From Thermoplasmata archaeon (lineage in GTDB: Archaea > Thermoplasmatota > Thermoplasmata > Lutacidiplasmatales > UBA184), in NCBI GenBank assembly GCA_049285595.1, contig JBAQAF010000013.1:61200-125199 (forward strand): a stretch of 64,000 nt of DNA. The letters run 5' to 3'. The first letter of the stretch is position 1, and each line of letters opens with the position of its first letter. The position numbers and the translations under genes are program-made. Positions 26,660-36,924 of the stretch are shown in pieces. The notes below the pieces were generated by a model. That model did not search any database. It was given only the letters and a program-made list of their open reading frames with translations, and had not been told where the DNA came from.

Positions 26660-29600
26660 ATGTCCCCGTTCCGCGGCTGCGTCCGGCTGTTCGTCGTTAC
26701 AGTCGTCCTCGTGACCCTCCTCGCCTCGAGCTTCACGGTGGGCCTTTCGGCATCCTCCGGCAGCCCGGTCTCTCCGGAGAGTCCCCGAGCAGGCTCCCCC
26801 TCGGACCACCCCTTAGGGCCAGGGACCGCCGGCCCGGCCGGGTCCGGCGGAGATCGCGAGGCCCCCCGCGGAGGTACGACCTCGCCCGTGGTCGAGAAGG
26901 TCGAACGTCAGATCGCTGCGGACCGGTTTGACGGACGGAACGCCTTCCTTCCTACTCCGTACACAGTTCAGGCCCAGCCGGCGGCGGGCTCGGCCGTCGC
27001 GGTGGAGCCGCTCGTCGCGCCCGCCCCGATGGGGCTCGCCGACCTGGGAATCGGCCCGAGCGGCGCGCCGTACGCCTACGACACATCGAGTTTTGAGGGG
27101 ACGATCCAGCTCGGCTCGTTCTCCGCCTACAGTCCGGGGTACGCCGTATTCAACGAGGCGCCCGACTGGACGACGCTCCAGATGAACGCCGTGGGGGTCA
27201 ACATCAGTTACCCCGGTTCGAGCACGGGAACGTTCTGGTTCCAGAACGTGGTGCACTTCAACGGCACCGAGCTCCAGCTCGAGGACAACATCTGGAACTT
27301 CTCCTCCTACTCGGCGCTCCTGACCCCCGGCACGATCTATAGCCATGGCGCCAACGGTGTCGTTCAGTTCGACGAGTTCTACTACGCCTACGGTCCGAGC
27401 ATCCCGGTCAGCTACCCGTTCACCCTCTCCCTCGCGATCACGCTCGAGGTCGTCGCGACTCGCCCGACCGCCGTGTTCAACTACACGCTCACGAACGGAA
27501 CCGGACCCGCCGGTGCCGCCCACACGTACGACCAGGTCTCATTCAACGGAATGGCCGTAGGCCCCCCGCAGTTCCAGGTGAACGGCGGGGAGTACAACCC
27601 GTTCGGCAACCAGTACGATGCCGAGCTGATCCTCGGCGGCGATGGCGGAGGCACCAACGCGAATATCGTCAACCTGCACGGGAATGCGACGCTCGACCGC
27701 TGGGACGCCGGTGCTCACCGCTACGCCAGCGTCCCATCGGCGTACGACCACGGGGTCGACAGCGGCGAGACCTCGGCGGGCGTGGCTGCGTACTACCTCA
27801 CGCACCAGACGACGGCGTTCCTGAACCAGGGACCCTCCCTCCTCTACGGGCTCTGGAACACTTCCTCCGGGGCCGCGGGCCCCGCCGCGAACCCGGGCTA
27901 CCTGCACGTCGACCTCACCGTGAGCCCCGACTACGCGTTCGTTTTCGCAACCTATCTCGATGCTTCGGAGAAACCTCTGGTCGATGCGAATTTCACCTAC
28001 GCCCCGTCGAGCATCACCGGCGCCACCGTGACCGACCTGCCGCCGATCCTCGCGGGAAACCCCTACGAGTTCGGGGCGTGGGCGAACGGGTACAAGAACG
28101 GGTCGTTGACCGTGACGGGGAACGCGACGGGCACCGCCGCGCTCGCCCTCTCCGCGGCCGCGGCCACCTTCGATACTCCCGTCTACCTCCACGGAGATGC
28201 GCAGGCGGCCGCCTTCGGCGCAGCGAAGATCCCGCACACAGGATACGCGGCCGCCAAGTCGACCCTGTGGATCAACGCCTCCGAAGCGGACCTCCTGGCG
28301 CCGTTCCTGCGCCTCAACGACTTCGATTACCCGACGTTCGTCCTCTTCGCCGGAGAGCAGTTGAACCTCACCGTTCGACTGAACGGGCTGCTCCAAGCGT
28401 CGGCGTCGTTCTCCTACACCTCCTCGTACCCGTTCTCCGGCGCGGCACCGGGCGCCGGTTGGACCCAAGGCTACTTCTTCTTCTACGGAACGGGGCACTT
28501 TTCTGTCAGTAACACGACGCTCGTCGGTAACACGACCCTCTACTACCGGTCGATCGCCTCCCCCGGGACCCTCGAGTTCTACCGGACCAGCGGTTCTTCG
28601 GCGTCGAACGTCTGGAGCTTCCAGGATTCGTTCGGGGTTGCCGCCATCGATTCATCGGACCTTACGCTCCGCAACGTCTCCGGGTACCAAGGCGCGAATG
28701 CGCTCGCCGTCGTAAACTCCACCGGCGTGACGGCGACCGGGGTGGGCGCGCTCGGTACAGACTACGTGGGCACCCCGTCGGTCGGAGCGTACATCTACGA
28801 CTCGACTGATGTGCACCTCGACTACCTGAACGTCTCGGGCGGGAGCATCGGCGTCTACGCGCAGACGAGCTCGGGGGTCACCGTAAGCAACGTCCTCGCG
28901 GTGACTACGCTCCCGACCCGTCTCTCCGACGCCTTCTTCCTGAACGGTACCAGCTCGGTCACTGTCCACGGCGTAGTGCTCGACTCGTCGGAAGGCGTGC
29001 TCGCCAACAACTCCTCCGACCAGACGTTCTCGGACATCACGGCGGTCAGCTCGCCCGGTATCGGGCTGTGGGCGAACGGCACGGACGTGTCGGTGAACGG
29101 TCTGACCGCGACGCTCGGGTCGTTCGGCCTCCAGTTCCAGAACGACACGGACGTGTCGGTCCAGAACGCCGTCGCCACCGATGCGTCGAGCGCGGTCTAC
29201 CAGGTCGCCAACTCGACCGGGGGACTGTTCGAGAACATCTCCGCGCTGAACGGGTCGATCGGGCTACGGACCGACTACGCGCTCGCGCCGACGCTCGGGG
29301 ACATCAATGCCACGAACGGCAGCATCGGGGCCGATCTAGTGAATACGAGCTACGTGCTCGCCACCGGGCTCTCGGCGACCAACCATTCGGACGCTCTCGT
29401 GTGGGATTTCGGTTCGCACGGGACGATCTCCAACGTCACGATCGGCAACTCCTCCCTCGGGGTGGATGTGTCGAACGCCTCCGAGTTCACCGTGCGGGGG
29501 GTGACCGCCTCGGAAAACGCACTGGTCCCGAACACGGAGTACTACATCCTGAACCCGTTCACCTACCAGTTGCAACCGAGTGCCGCCGTGGCTCTCTATA

Positions 29601-31228
29601 AAGTGGCGAACGGAACGGTCGAGAACGTCTCGGCCAAGTTCTATCCGTTCGCGGTCTGGGCGAATTACACCAACTACTCCCTGCTCACGAACATCACCGC
29701 GACGAACGGTTCGATCGGGGTCTCGCTGAACCTCACGAACCACGTGGAGATCGCGAGCGCCTTCCTCTACGACAACCAAGTCGGGGAGTACGTCGTCTAC
29801 AGCAACAACACCACGATCACCCGAAGCACCTTCGAAGGGAGCGCCTCGTTCGGGGTCTACCTCCTGAACACGACCTTCGTGCGGGTCGACGCGAACAACT
29901 TCGTCGCCAACAACGGGGCGAGCACCAAGGGAGCGTTCTCGACGGCGCACGTCCAGGCGTTCTCGCTGAACGGCTCGAAGGTGTTCTTCAACGGCACCGG
30001 GTTCGGGAACTTCTGGTCGGACCATACGGGAAGCGGTGTGTACGTCATTCACTCGCTGCCGGGGGTTCTCGAGGACCACGATCCTTCTACCGTGTTCATT
30101 TCGAACTGGCTCGAGTTCGTCGAGACGGGCCTGCCGGCCGCCACGCCGTGGGGATTCGCCCTTGACTCGACGAACTACTGGGCGGCCGCGCCGCTCGTTT
30201 TCCTCCCGGGCTGGGCCCTCCCCGATAGCGCGCTCGGTTACACCGTCCTCCCGTCGGCCGGCTACGTACCCCACCCGGCGTTCGGCACCGCCACGGCTCT
30301 GGGTGGACTCAACGAGACGATCACGATCGATTACTCGAAGCTCTGGACGGTCACCTTCACTGAGGTGAACCTTCCGGCCGCGACCTCCTGGTCGGTGGCA
30401 CTGAACGGCACGACCGTCGTGTCGACGACGACCACGGTCGTCTTCCACGAACTGAACGGGAGCTTCGGCTACTCGATCGGCGTCGTGCCGGATTGGATCC
30501 AAAGCAGCTTGCCGCGGACCGGCACGGTCACCGTGGCGGGGGCGAACGTGAACGAGAAGACGATCGCCTGGACCGAGGTGACGTTCGCAGTGACGTTCAC
30601 CGAGTCGGGTCTTCCCTCGAAGATCAAATGGGCGGTCACTGTCGACGGGGTCGAGAAGAGCCTCACGACCGACGGCAGTACGGACACCCTCACCTTCGCT
30701 GCGGGGAACGGCTCGGTCCCGTACTCGATCACCGACATCTCGGGCTGGTCGCAATCGACCCTCGCTGCCACCGGGACCATACCGGTCGACGGAGCGGCGG
30801 TCGTGGAGCCGACCCTCGCGTACACCGAGGTGCTCTACGCCGTCACGTTCACGGAGACGGGGCTCCCGGCGGGGACGAACTGGTCGGTCACGTTCAACGA
30901 CGCTCTCGAGAGCTCGACGGGTACCGTGATCTCCTTCGAGGTCCCGAACGGGAGCTACAAGTACAAGATCACCGTCCCGAGCGGATTCGATGTCGGGACC
31001 TCCTCGGGCACGATCCTCGTGACCGACGGTGCGGCCGCCCAACCGGTCTCGTTCAGTCACTCTAGCTCCTCTCCCGCCTCCTCGGTTCCGTGGCTGTACA
31101 TCGGCCTGGGCATCGCCGCGCTCCTCGTCGTGCTCGGGATCGTGTTGCTCATGCGCTCGCGTCGGCGCAGGCGGCCCCCGGCGCGGCGGCCGAGACCGTC
31201 ACCGTCCGAGAAGCAAGACGAGATCTGA
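26660..31228 (+). CDS. Giant membrane-anchored surface glycoprotein: thermopsin-like (peptidase A5) domain, parallel beta-helix repeats, four FTE(S/T)GLP repeat domains and a C-terminal TM anchor
   Basis: Signal/anchor MSPFRGCVRLFVVTVVLVTLLA. APMGLADLG...LQMNAVGVN...FWFQNVVHFNGTELQLEDNIWNFSS is thermopsin-like. A long run of NxS/T-rich beta-helix-type repeats follows, then repeats VTFTE(V/S/T)(N/G)LPA.T.WSV. C-terminal PWLYIGLGIAALLVVLGIVLLMRSRRRRR. Confidence 0.85.
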   Translation: MSPFRGCVRLFVVTVVLVTLLASSFTVGLSASSGSPVSPESPRAGSPSDHPLGPGTAGPAGSGGDREAPRGGTTSPVVEKVERQIAADRFDGRNAFLPTPYTVQAQPAAGSAVAVEPLVAPAPMGLADLGIGPSGAPYAYDTSSFEGTIQLGSFSAYSPGYAVFNEAPDWTTLQMNAVGVNISYPGSSTGTFWFQNVVHFNGTELQLEDNIWNFSSYSALLTPGTIYSHGANGVVQFDEFYYAYGPSIPVSYPFTLSLAITLEVVATRPTAVFNYTLTNGTGPAGAAHTYDQVSFNGMAVGPPQFQVNGGEYNPFGNQYDAELILGGDGGGTNANIVNLHGNATLDRWDAGAHRYASVPSAYDHGVDSGETSAGVAAYYLTHQTTAFLNQGPSLLYGLWNTSSGAAGPAANPGYLHVDLTVSPDYAFVFATYLDASEKPLVDANFTYAPSSITGATVTDLPPILAGNPYEFGAWANGYKNGSLTVTGNATGTAALALSAAAATFDTPVYLHGDAQAAAFGAAKIPHTGYAAAKSTLWINASEADLLAPFLRLNDFDYPTFVLFAGEQLNLTVRLNGLLQASASFSYTSSYPFSGAAPGAGWTQGYFFFYGTGHFSVSNTTLVGNTTLYYRSIASPGTLEFYRTSGSSASNVWSFQDSFGVAAIDSSDLTLRNVSGYQGANALAVVNSTGVTATGVGALGTDYVGTPSVGAYIYDSTDVHLDYLNVSGGSIGVYAQTSSGVTVSNVLAVTTLPTRLSDAFFLNGTSSVTVHGVVLDSSEGVLANNSSDQTFSDITAVSSPGIGLWANGTDVSVNGLTATLGSFGLQFQNDTDVSVQNAVATDASSAVYQVANSTGGLFENISALNGSIGLRTDYALAPTLGDINATNGSIGADLVNTSYVLATGLSATNHSDALVWDFGSHGTISNVTIGNSSLGVDVSNASEFTVRGVTASENALVPNTEYYILNPFTYQLQPSAAVALYKVANGTVENVSAKFYPFAVWANYTNYSLLTNITATNGSIGVSLNLTNHVEIASAFLYDNQVGEYVVYSNNTTITRSTFEGSASFGVYLLNTTFVRVDANNFVANNGASTKGAFSTAHVQAFSLNGSKVFFNGTGFGNFWSDHTGSGVYVIHSLPGVLEDHDPSTVFISNWLEFVETGLPAATPWGFALDSTNYWAAAPLVFLPGWALPDSALGYTVLPSAGYVPHPAFGTATALGGLNETITIDYSKLWTVTFTEVNLPAATSWSVALNGTTVVSTTTTVVFHELNGSFGYSIGVVPDWIQSSLPRTGTVTVAGANVNEKTIAWTEVTFAVTFTESGLPSKIKWAVTVDGVEKSLTTDGSTDTLTFAAGNGSVPYSITDISGWSQSTLAATGTIPVDGAAVVEPTLAYTEVLYAVTFTETGLPAGTNWSVTFNDALESSTGTVISFEVPNGSYKYKITVPSGFDVGTSSGTILVTDGAAAQPVSFSHSSSSPASSVPWLYIGLGIAALLVVLGIVLLMRSRRRRRPPARRPRPSPSEKQDEI

Positions 31229-31253
31229 GCCCTCGACCGATGGGTCGGAAGTT

Positions 31254-31823
31254 TCAGGGGGAGAGCGCCAGCGGCGGCAAGAACCCTCGGGCGGCCAGAT
31301 GCCCGAGGATCCGCCGGGTCGAGTCGGCGGGCGTCTCGCCCGAGGTATCGACCGTCAAGTCGGGGTTGAGCGGCTCCTCGAACGGGTCGTCGACGCCCGT
31401 CACTTTGATCGCTCCTCCGGCGACCGAGGTCCGGTAGAGTCCCTTCGTATCGCGCTGGCGGCAGATCTCGATCGGACAGCGGAGCCACACCTCGTCAAAC
31501 CGCTCGCCGACAGTCGCGCGGGCCGCCTGGCGGGATGTCTCGTACGGCGTGATCATCGCGACGAGCACGGCGACTCCGTTCCGCGCGAGCATCCGCGCGA
31601 CGTAGCTGACCCGGCGGGCGTGGAACTCGCGGTCCTTGCGAGAGTAGCCGAGCTCGGGGGAGAACATGTGGCGGACCTCATCCCCGTCCAGAACCTCGAC
31701 CTTGCGACCGGCGGCGCGGAGCGCCTCCGCAACCGATCGAGAGAGCGTGGTCTTTCCCGCGCACGGCAAACCTTCGATCCACGCGACGAAGCCGGCGTCG
31801 CTCCCCGGGGCGGAGGCTGGCAT
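31254..31823 (-). CDS. cysC: Adenylylsulfate (APS) kinase, second copy
   Basis: VAWIEGLPCAGKTTLS...LDGDEVR...ITPY...RDTKGLY...VTGVDDPFE. Tail-to-tail with the surface-protein gene. Confidence 0.88.
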   Translation of the reverse strand: MPASAPGSDAGFVAWIEGLPCAGKTTLSRSVAEALRAAGRKVEVLDGDEVRHMFSPELGYSRKDREFHARRVSYVARMLARNGVAVLVAMITPYETSRQAARATVGERFDEVWLRCPIEICRQRDTKGLYRTSVAGGAIKVTGVDDPFEEPLNPDLTVDTSGETPADSTRRILGHLAARGFLPPLALSP

Positions 31824-32145
31824 CGACCGGCGAACCTCCCACGGGGTAGAAAGTCGTTGCCTCTCGCCAGCACGAATGGAGCGCCGAGGGTCCCGGCGAG
31901 CGTCGCCGGGGGCGTGCGCGAATCCGGCGCACGTCGGACCAATCTTCGCAGTTCGTAGCGTCTATATGCGACACCCCGAGTGGGACCGCTGCCATGACCG
32001 ATGGTGGGTCGATCCGGACCGCCGAACTCGCTAGTTCGATCTGCTCTCCGCGCCCGGGACGTTCCCCGCGCCTCGGGTTTACTCACGTTCGAGGAACGAT
32101 GCTTGGGGCCGCCGGCGCCACCCCCCTCCCACCGGGGGTCGTGGC

Positions 32146-33405
32146 ATGAGCTCACCACCCAGCCCCCCGGCGGCCCGCTCCCCCACCTCTTCCTCGACCC
32201 CCGGAACGTCGCCGCCCTCGCCACCCAAGGTCGTGCGACGCTCGGGCCGAGCGGGTCTGTTCACGGCCGTCGGGATCCTCGTGATCGTCCTGATCCTGGC
32301 CGGCGTCGGATACGAGACCCACTGGTACGGGTTCTCGCCCGCGGCGAAAGCGGTCCCGCCCGGCGATTGCCCCGTCGACGTCACGATCGCGGGAGCCGGG
32401 GCGAGCTTCCTCACGCCGCTGATGAGCAACTGGGAGACGGCCTACGCCGCCTACTCCGCGAACAAGGTCACCTACAGTCCGGTTGGGGCGGGCACGGGGA
32501 TCGGCGATTATGAGTCAAAGACCGTGAACTTCGCGACGACCGACGAGCCGCTCACCGGTGCAGAGATCCACGACCTGCCGGGGACCACGCTCACTCTCCC
32601 CGTAAGCGGTGGCGCGGTCACGATCGTCACCGACATCCCCGGCTTCTCCGGAACCCTCAACCTCACCGGCGTGCAGATCGCGGACATCTATCTGGGGACC
32701 GTCACCACCTGGGACAACTCGATCCTGACGGCCAACAACCAGGGTCTCGATGGCATCGGCTCGGCCATCATTCCCGTCGTCCGCTCCGACGCGGCTGGAA
32801 CCTCGTACGTTCTCACGAACTACCTGAGCGACGACGACGCCACGTTCGCGTCGGACGTCGGGACCTCGATCCAGCCGGCGTGGCCGGCGGTGTCGGGCGA
32901 ACAAGCCGTCAGCGGCAACTCCGGTCTCGCCAAGTATGTGGCGGCCAACGACGACACGATCGGGTACGTCGACCTCGCCGACGCCAAGTCGTATGACGCA
33001 AGCGGGATCGCGGCCGTCGGAAACCCGGCGAGCGACTACGTCTCGCCGACGGTTGCGAACACCCAATCCGCGATCGACGCGCTCGCCGGTCAGCCGATCC
33101 CCGCCGCGACCGGGAACTGGTCGGCGGTCTCCTGGGTGAACGCCCCCGGCGCCGCGAACTACCCGCTCGCCGCCCTCCAGTACTTCATGGTCCTACAGAA
33201 CCCCGGGCTCGGGCTCACCCCGTCGCTGAACAACACCCAGGTGCTGATTCAGTGGCTCCACTGGGCGCTCACGACCGGCCAGGCCGCGACCACCGCCCTC
33301 GACTACGCGGTCCCTCCGGCCGCCCTGATCGCGCAGGACCTCTCGGCCCTCTCCACCATCAACTATAACGGAGCGTCCGTCCCGGCCTGCACCACGGTGG
33401 GCTGA
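32146..33405 (+). CDS. pstS: Phosphate ABC transporter substrate-binding protein
   Basis: IAGAGASFLTPLMSNWETAY...VTYSPVGAGTGIGD...FATTDEPL. Start uncertain (GTG about 32233 gives a classical signal anchor). Confidence 0.88.
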   Translation: MSSPPSPPAARSPTSSSTPGTSPPSPPKVVRRSGRAGLFTAVGILVIVLILAGVGYETHWYGFSPAAKAVPPGDCPVDVTIAGAGASFLTPLMSNWETAYAAYSANKVTYSPVGAGTGIGDYESKTVNFATTDEPLTGAEIHDLPGTTLTLPVSGGAVTIVTDIPGFSGTLNLTGVQIADIYLGTVTTWDNSILTANNQGLDGIGSAIIPVVRSDAAGTSYVLTNYLSDDDATFASDVGTSIQPAWPAVSGEQAVSGNSGLAKYVAANDDTIGYVDLADAKSYDASGIAAVGNPASDYVSPTVANTQSAIDALAGQPIPAATGNWSAVSWVNAPGAANYPLAALQYFMVLQNPGLGLTPSLNNTQVLIQWLHWALTTGQAATTALDYAVPPAALIAQDLSALSTINYNGASVPACTTVG

Positions 33406-33413
33406 GGGAGGGC

Positions 33414-35366
33414 GTGGCCGGCAGCAACGGAGAGGAGGGCTCGAAGCCGGGGTACGCTTCCCACCTCGGCCGGCGGATCGCCTGGTTCCGCTGGACCGGA
33501 CGGGTCTTCCGCGCTGGCACGACCGCGGCGGCTGTCGGCATCCTTCTGCTGGCGGCCGTAATCGCGGCGCTTCTAGCGGAGAATGCCCTCCCGTCGATCG
33601 GGCGGTTCGGCCTCGCGTTCCTTTGGGGACCGGTCTGGGACGCCACGAACGGTGTCTACGGCGCGGGCCCCGCGATCTTCGGCACTCTGCTCACGAGCGC
33701 CCTCGCGCTCCTTCTCGGGGTTCCCATCGCCCTCGGAGTGGCGATCTTCACCTCCGAGCTCGCGCCCCGTCGGGCGCGCGCCGCCCTCGCTTACGTGGTC
33801 GATCTGGGCGCGATGGTCCCGTCCGTCGTCTACGGAGCATGGGGTCTGATCGTGCTCGTTCCGTTCATGTCCCATCACGTCGAGCCCGCGCTTATTCGAC
33901 TCTCCCCGCACGGGGGGATCTTCTCAGGGGTCCCGGCCGGCCTCGGGGTGCTCACCGCAGGGATCATCCTGGCGGTAATGGTCATCCCGACGATCGCGGC
34001 ACTCTCGCGCGAGGCCCTGCGGGCCGTTCCGCGCGATCGACGCGACGCGGCCCTCGGCCTCGGGGCGACCCGCTGGGAAGCGGCGCGGATCGCCGTGTTC
34101 GGACCGGCCGCCCCGGGAATCCTGAGCGCGGTGATCCTCGGTCTCGGTCGGGCGCTGGGGGAGACGATCGCGGTCGTGCTGGTCATCGGGAATGAATACC
34201 GCTACCCGACCTCCCTCTTCTCGGCCGGTACGACGATCCCGAGCTGGCTCGTCAATTACTTCGGCACGACCGGCCTCCAGGAGAACGCGCTCTTCGAGCT
34301 CGGCCTCGTCCTGTTCGCGACGTCGCTCGCGATCAATCTCGGGGCTCGCCTCTTCCTCGCCCGATGGCGGGACGATGCCGAACCCCCGAAGAGGCTGTTC
34401 CGGTGGCGTCATCACGCGCCGCCGAGAGCGGTCGCCGCCGGGGGGGGCGCCCCCAGCGTGGCCGTCCCGCGGTGGTGGGCGCGGGTCGCGGCCCGCCGCC
34501 GGACCCGCATCCTCTGGCGGCGGGCGGTCTACTGGGGGATGGTCGTGTTGCTCGCCGGTACCGTAGTCGTCGCGGTCTACCCCCTCTTCAGTCTCGCCCG
34601 CACGGCCGTGGAGGGCGGAGGTTCGGTGATCCTCCGGCCATCGTTCTACACCGACCCGATCCCACCGGCCTGCCTCAGCAACTGCACGCTCGGAGGGATC
34701 GGCCCGGCGATCCAGGGAACGTTCCTCCTGGTCGGCCTCGCGGCGGCGATCGGGCTCCCTCTCGGATTGCTCGCCGGGATCTTTCTCTCGGAGTACGGTC
34801 GGAACCGCTGGGGACGCGGTATCGGGGTGGTCGTGGACGCGATGATCGGCATCCCGTCGCTCCTGATCGGAGTGTTCGTCTTCGCGGCCTTCTTGCGCTA
34901 CGATCGCGCCGATTTCAATAGCGTGATCGCGGGAGGGATCGCCCTCAGCATCATCATGATCCCGTTCGTTACCCGGACGACGGAGACCGCGCTCCGGACC
35001 GTCCCGACGAGCATTCGTGAGTCCGCGCTCGCGCTCGGATTTCCCCGGCATCGCATCACTGCGCGGATCGTCCTCGGAAGCTGCCGGAGCGCGCTCGTGA
35101 CGGGCTGCCTGCTTTCGATCGGACGGGTGACGGGAGAGACGGCGGCGATCCTGTTCACGATCGGTTTCACCCAGTACGGGTTCACCGGGTGGAACCATCC
35201 GGTCGCGGCGCTCGCTCCGTTCATCTTCGAGGCATTGCTCTCCGCGTATCCGAACTGGGTCGCGGACGCCTGGGGCGCTTCGCTGGTCCTGCTGCTTATC
35301 ATGCTCGGCGTGACTCTTGCTGCCCGGCTCACGTTGCACACCGAGGACGCGACGGGAGCGGAGTGA
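33414..35366 (+). CDS. pstCA: Fused phosphate ABC transporter permease PstC-PstA
   Basis: A single 650-aa ORF. N-terminal half is PstC-like ([28 protein letters not shown]), C-terminal half PstA-like ([34 protein letters not shown]). Joined by a basic linker with no stop or frame change. Confidence 0.85.
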   Translation: MAGSNGEEGSKPGYASHLGRRIAWFRWTGRVFRAGTTAAAVGILLLAAVIAALLAENALPSIGRFGLAFLWGPVWDATNGVYGAGPAIFGTLLTSALALLLGVPIALGVAIFTSELAPRRARAALAYVVDLGAMVPSVVYGAWGLIVLVPFMSHHVEPALIRLSPHGGIFSGVPAGLGVLTAGIILAVMVIPTIAALSREALRAVPRDRRDAALGLGATRWEAARIAVFGPAAPGILSAVILGLGRALGETIAVVLVIGNEYRYPTSLFSAGTTIPSWLVNYFGTTGLQENALFELGLVLFATSLAINLGARLFLARWRDDAEPPKRLFRWRHHAPPRAVAAGGGAPSVAVPRWWARVAARRRTRILWRRAVYWGMVVLLAGTVVVAVYPLFSLARTAVEGGGSVILRPSFYTDPIPPACLSNCTLGGIGPAIQGTFLLVGLAAAIGLPLGLLAGIFLSEYGRNRWGRGIGVVVDAMIGIPSLLIGVFVFAAFLRYDRADFNSVIAGGIALSIIMIPFVTRTTETALRTVPTSIRESALALGFPRHRITARIVLGSCRSALVTGCLLSIGRVTGETAAILFTIGFTQYGFTGWNHPVAALAPFIFEALLSAYPNWVADAWGASLVLLLIMLGVTLAARLTLHTEDATGAE

Positions 35367-35370
35367 CGTT

Positions 35371-36123
35371 GTGCCGGCGAAGATGGAGATCGAGGGCCTG
35401 TCCGCGTGGTACGCGCGGCGCCAGGTCCTGTACGACATCTCGCTGACCGTTCCCGAGCACGCCGCGACCGCGATCATTGGCCCGTCCGGGTGTGGGAAGT
35501 CGACGTTCCTTCGGTGCCTGAACCGCCTCCATGAGGAGTCGCCGCGCGCCCGGGTCGAGGGGGCGATCCGCCTCGACGGGGAGGACCTCGGGAAGCTCGA
35601 CCCCGTCGCCGTCCGCTGCCGGGTCGGGATGGTCTTCCAGAAGCCGACGCCGTTCCCCAACCTCTCTATCTTCGAGAACGTCGCTGCGGGGCTTCGGCTC
35701 CTGGGCGTTCGCCGCCGCGGCGAGCTTGACGAGGGCGTCCTCACCGCGCTGCAGCACGCCGGGCTCTGGGAGGAGGTCGAGACGATCCTCGATGCGCCCG
35801 GGACCAGCCTCTCGGGCGGCCAGCAGCAACGGCTGTGCATCGCGCGGGCGCTCGCCGTCCGCCCCGAGGTCCTGCTGCTCGACGAGCCGTGCTCGGCGCT
35901 CGATCCGATCGCGACGGCGAAGATCGAGGGTCTGCTCGCCAAGCTGCGCTCGGAGTACACGGTCGTCATCGTCACGCACAACCTCGCGCAGGCGGTCCGG
36001 GTCTCCAACTACACCGCGTTCCTGTACCTCGGGAAGCTGGTGGAGACGGGGACGACCGAGCAGGTCTTCCACCAGCCGGCGGAGAAGCTGACCGAGAACT
36101 ACGTCAGCGGCCGGTTCGGGTGA
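35371..36123 (+). CDS. pstB: Phosphate ABC transporter ATP-binding protein
   Basis: [20 protein letters not shown]...[15 protein letters not shown]...[12 protein letters not shown]. Start at GTG 35371 or ATG 35383. Confidence 0.93.
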   Translation: MPAKMEIEGLSAWYARRQVLYDISLTVPEHAATAIIGPSGCGKSTFLRCLNRLHEESPRARVEGAIRLDGEDLGKLDPVAVRCRVGMVFQKPTPFPNLSIFENVAAGLRLLGVRRRGELDEGVLTALQHAGLWEEVETILDAPGTSLSGGQQQRLCIARALAVRPEVLLLDEPCSALDPIATAKIEGLLAKLRSEYTVVIVTHNLAQAVRVSNYTAFLYLGKLVETGTTEQVFHQPAEKLTENYVSGRFG

Positions 36124-36207
36124 TCCGGCCGAAATCCGGCGGGTCCGGTGGTCGCGCCCGGCTCCCGTAATATCCTGACCGACCGTTCGGGGCCATGGGA
36201 AGGGACC

Positions 36208-36858
36208 ATGCCGTCCACGAAGCGGATCGGGATCCTGGGCAGCGGCGATGTGGCGAAGCAACTAGGTCGCGGGTTCGCGAAGCACGGCTACGACGTGATG
36301 CTGGGAACGCGCGAGTCGTCCAAGCTCGATGCCTGGAAGAAGGAGGTCGGAAGCCGGGCGGCGGTCGGCACGTTCGCCGAGGCGGCCGCGTTCGGGGACG
36401 TCGTGCTGCTCGCCACCCACGGAGCCGGCACCGAGCCCGCGATCGACCTCGCGGGGGCCGCCCACTTCGCCGGGAAGCTCGTCCTGGACGCGAGCAACCC
36501 GCTCGATTTTTCGCACGGGATGCCGCCCGGGTTGTTTGTCGGCACGACCGACTCGCTCGGCGAGAGAGTCCAGCGCAAGCTCCCCGCCGCTCACGTCGTG
36601 AAGTGCTTCAACACGGTCGGCAATCTCACGATGGTCGACCCGAAGATCGCGGGCGGACCGCCGAGGATGCTGATCTGCGGCAACGACGCGGCGGCGAAGC
36701 AGCGGACCGAGGCGATCCTGCGCGAGCTCGGATGGGGCGGCGCGCTCGATGTCGGCGGGATCGACGGGGCCCGATGGCTCGAGGCGTTGGTACCGCTCTG
36801 GGTGCGGGCGGGAGTGGCTCTCAACACCTGGGAACATATGTTCCAGGTCGTCCGCTGA
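36208..36858 (+). CDS. NADP oxidoreductase, coenzyme F420-dependent family (NADPH-dependent F420 reductase-like)
   Basis: MPSTKRIGILGSGDVAKQLG Rossmann motif ... VLLATHG...VLDASNPLDF...VKCFNTVG. Confidence 0.75.
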   Translation: MPSTKRIGILGSGDVAKQLGRGFAKHGYDVMLGTRESSKLDAWKKEVGSRAAVGTFAEAAAFGDVVLLATHGAGTEPAIDLAGAAHFAGKLVLDASNPLDFSHGMPPGLFVGTTDSLGERVQRKLPAAHVVKCFNTVGNLTMVDPKIAGGPPRMLICGNDAAAKQRTEAILRELGWGGALDVGGIDGARWLEALVPLWVRAGVALNTWEHMFQVVR

Positions 36859-36924
36859 TTCGTCCAGCGGCCACCGTGCGGCCCGGCATCGGCGTCAGAC
36901 CGAACCTAGGCTCACCACGCGACT

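Noticed and set aside
31234-31247. Hairpin CGACC-GATG-GGTCG between the convergent surface-protein and cysC genes, considered as a terminator.
   Set aside because: The stem is only 5 bp with no following T tract of note. Archaeal termination signals are oligo-T based, so support is insufficient.
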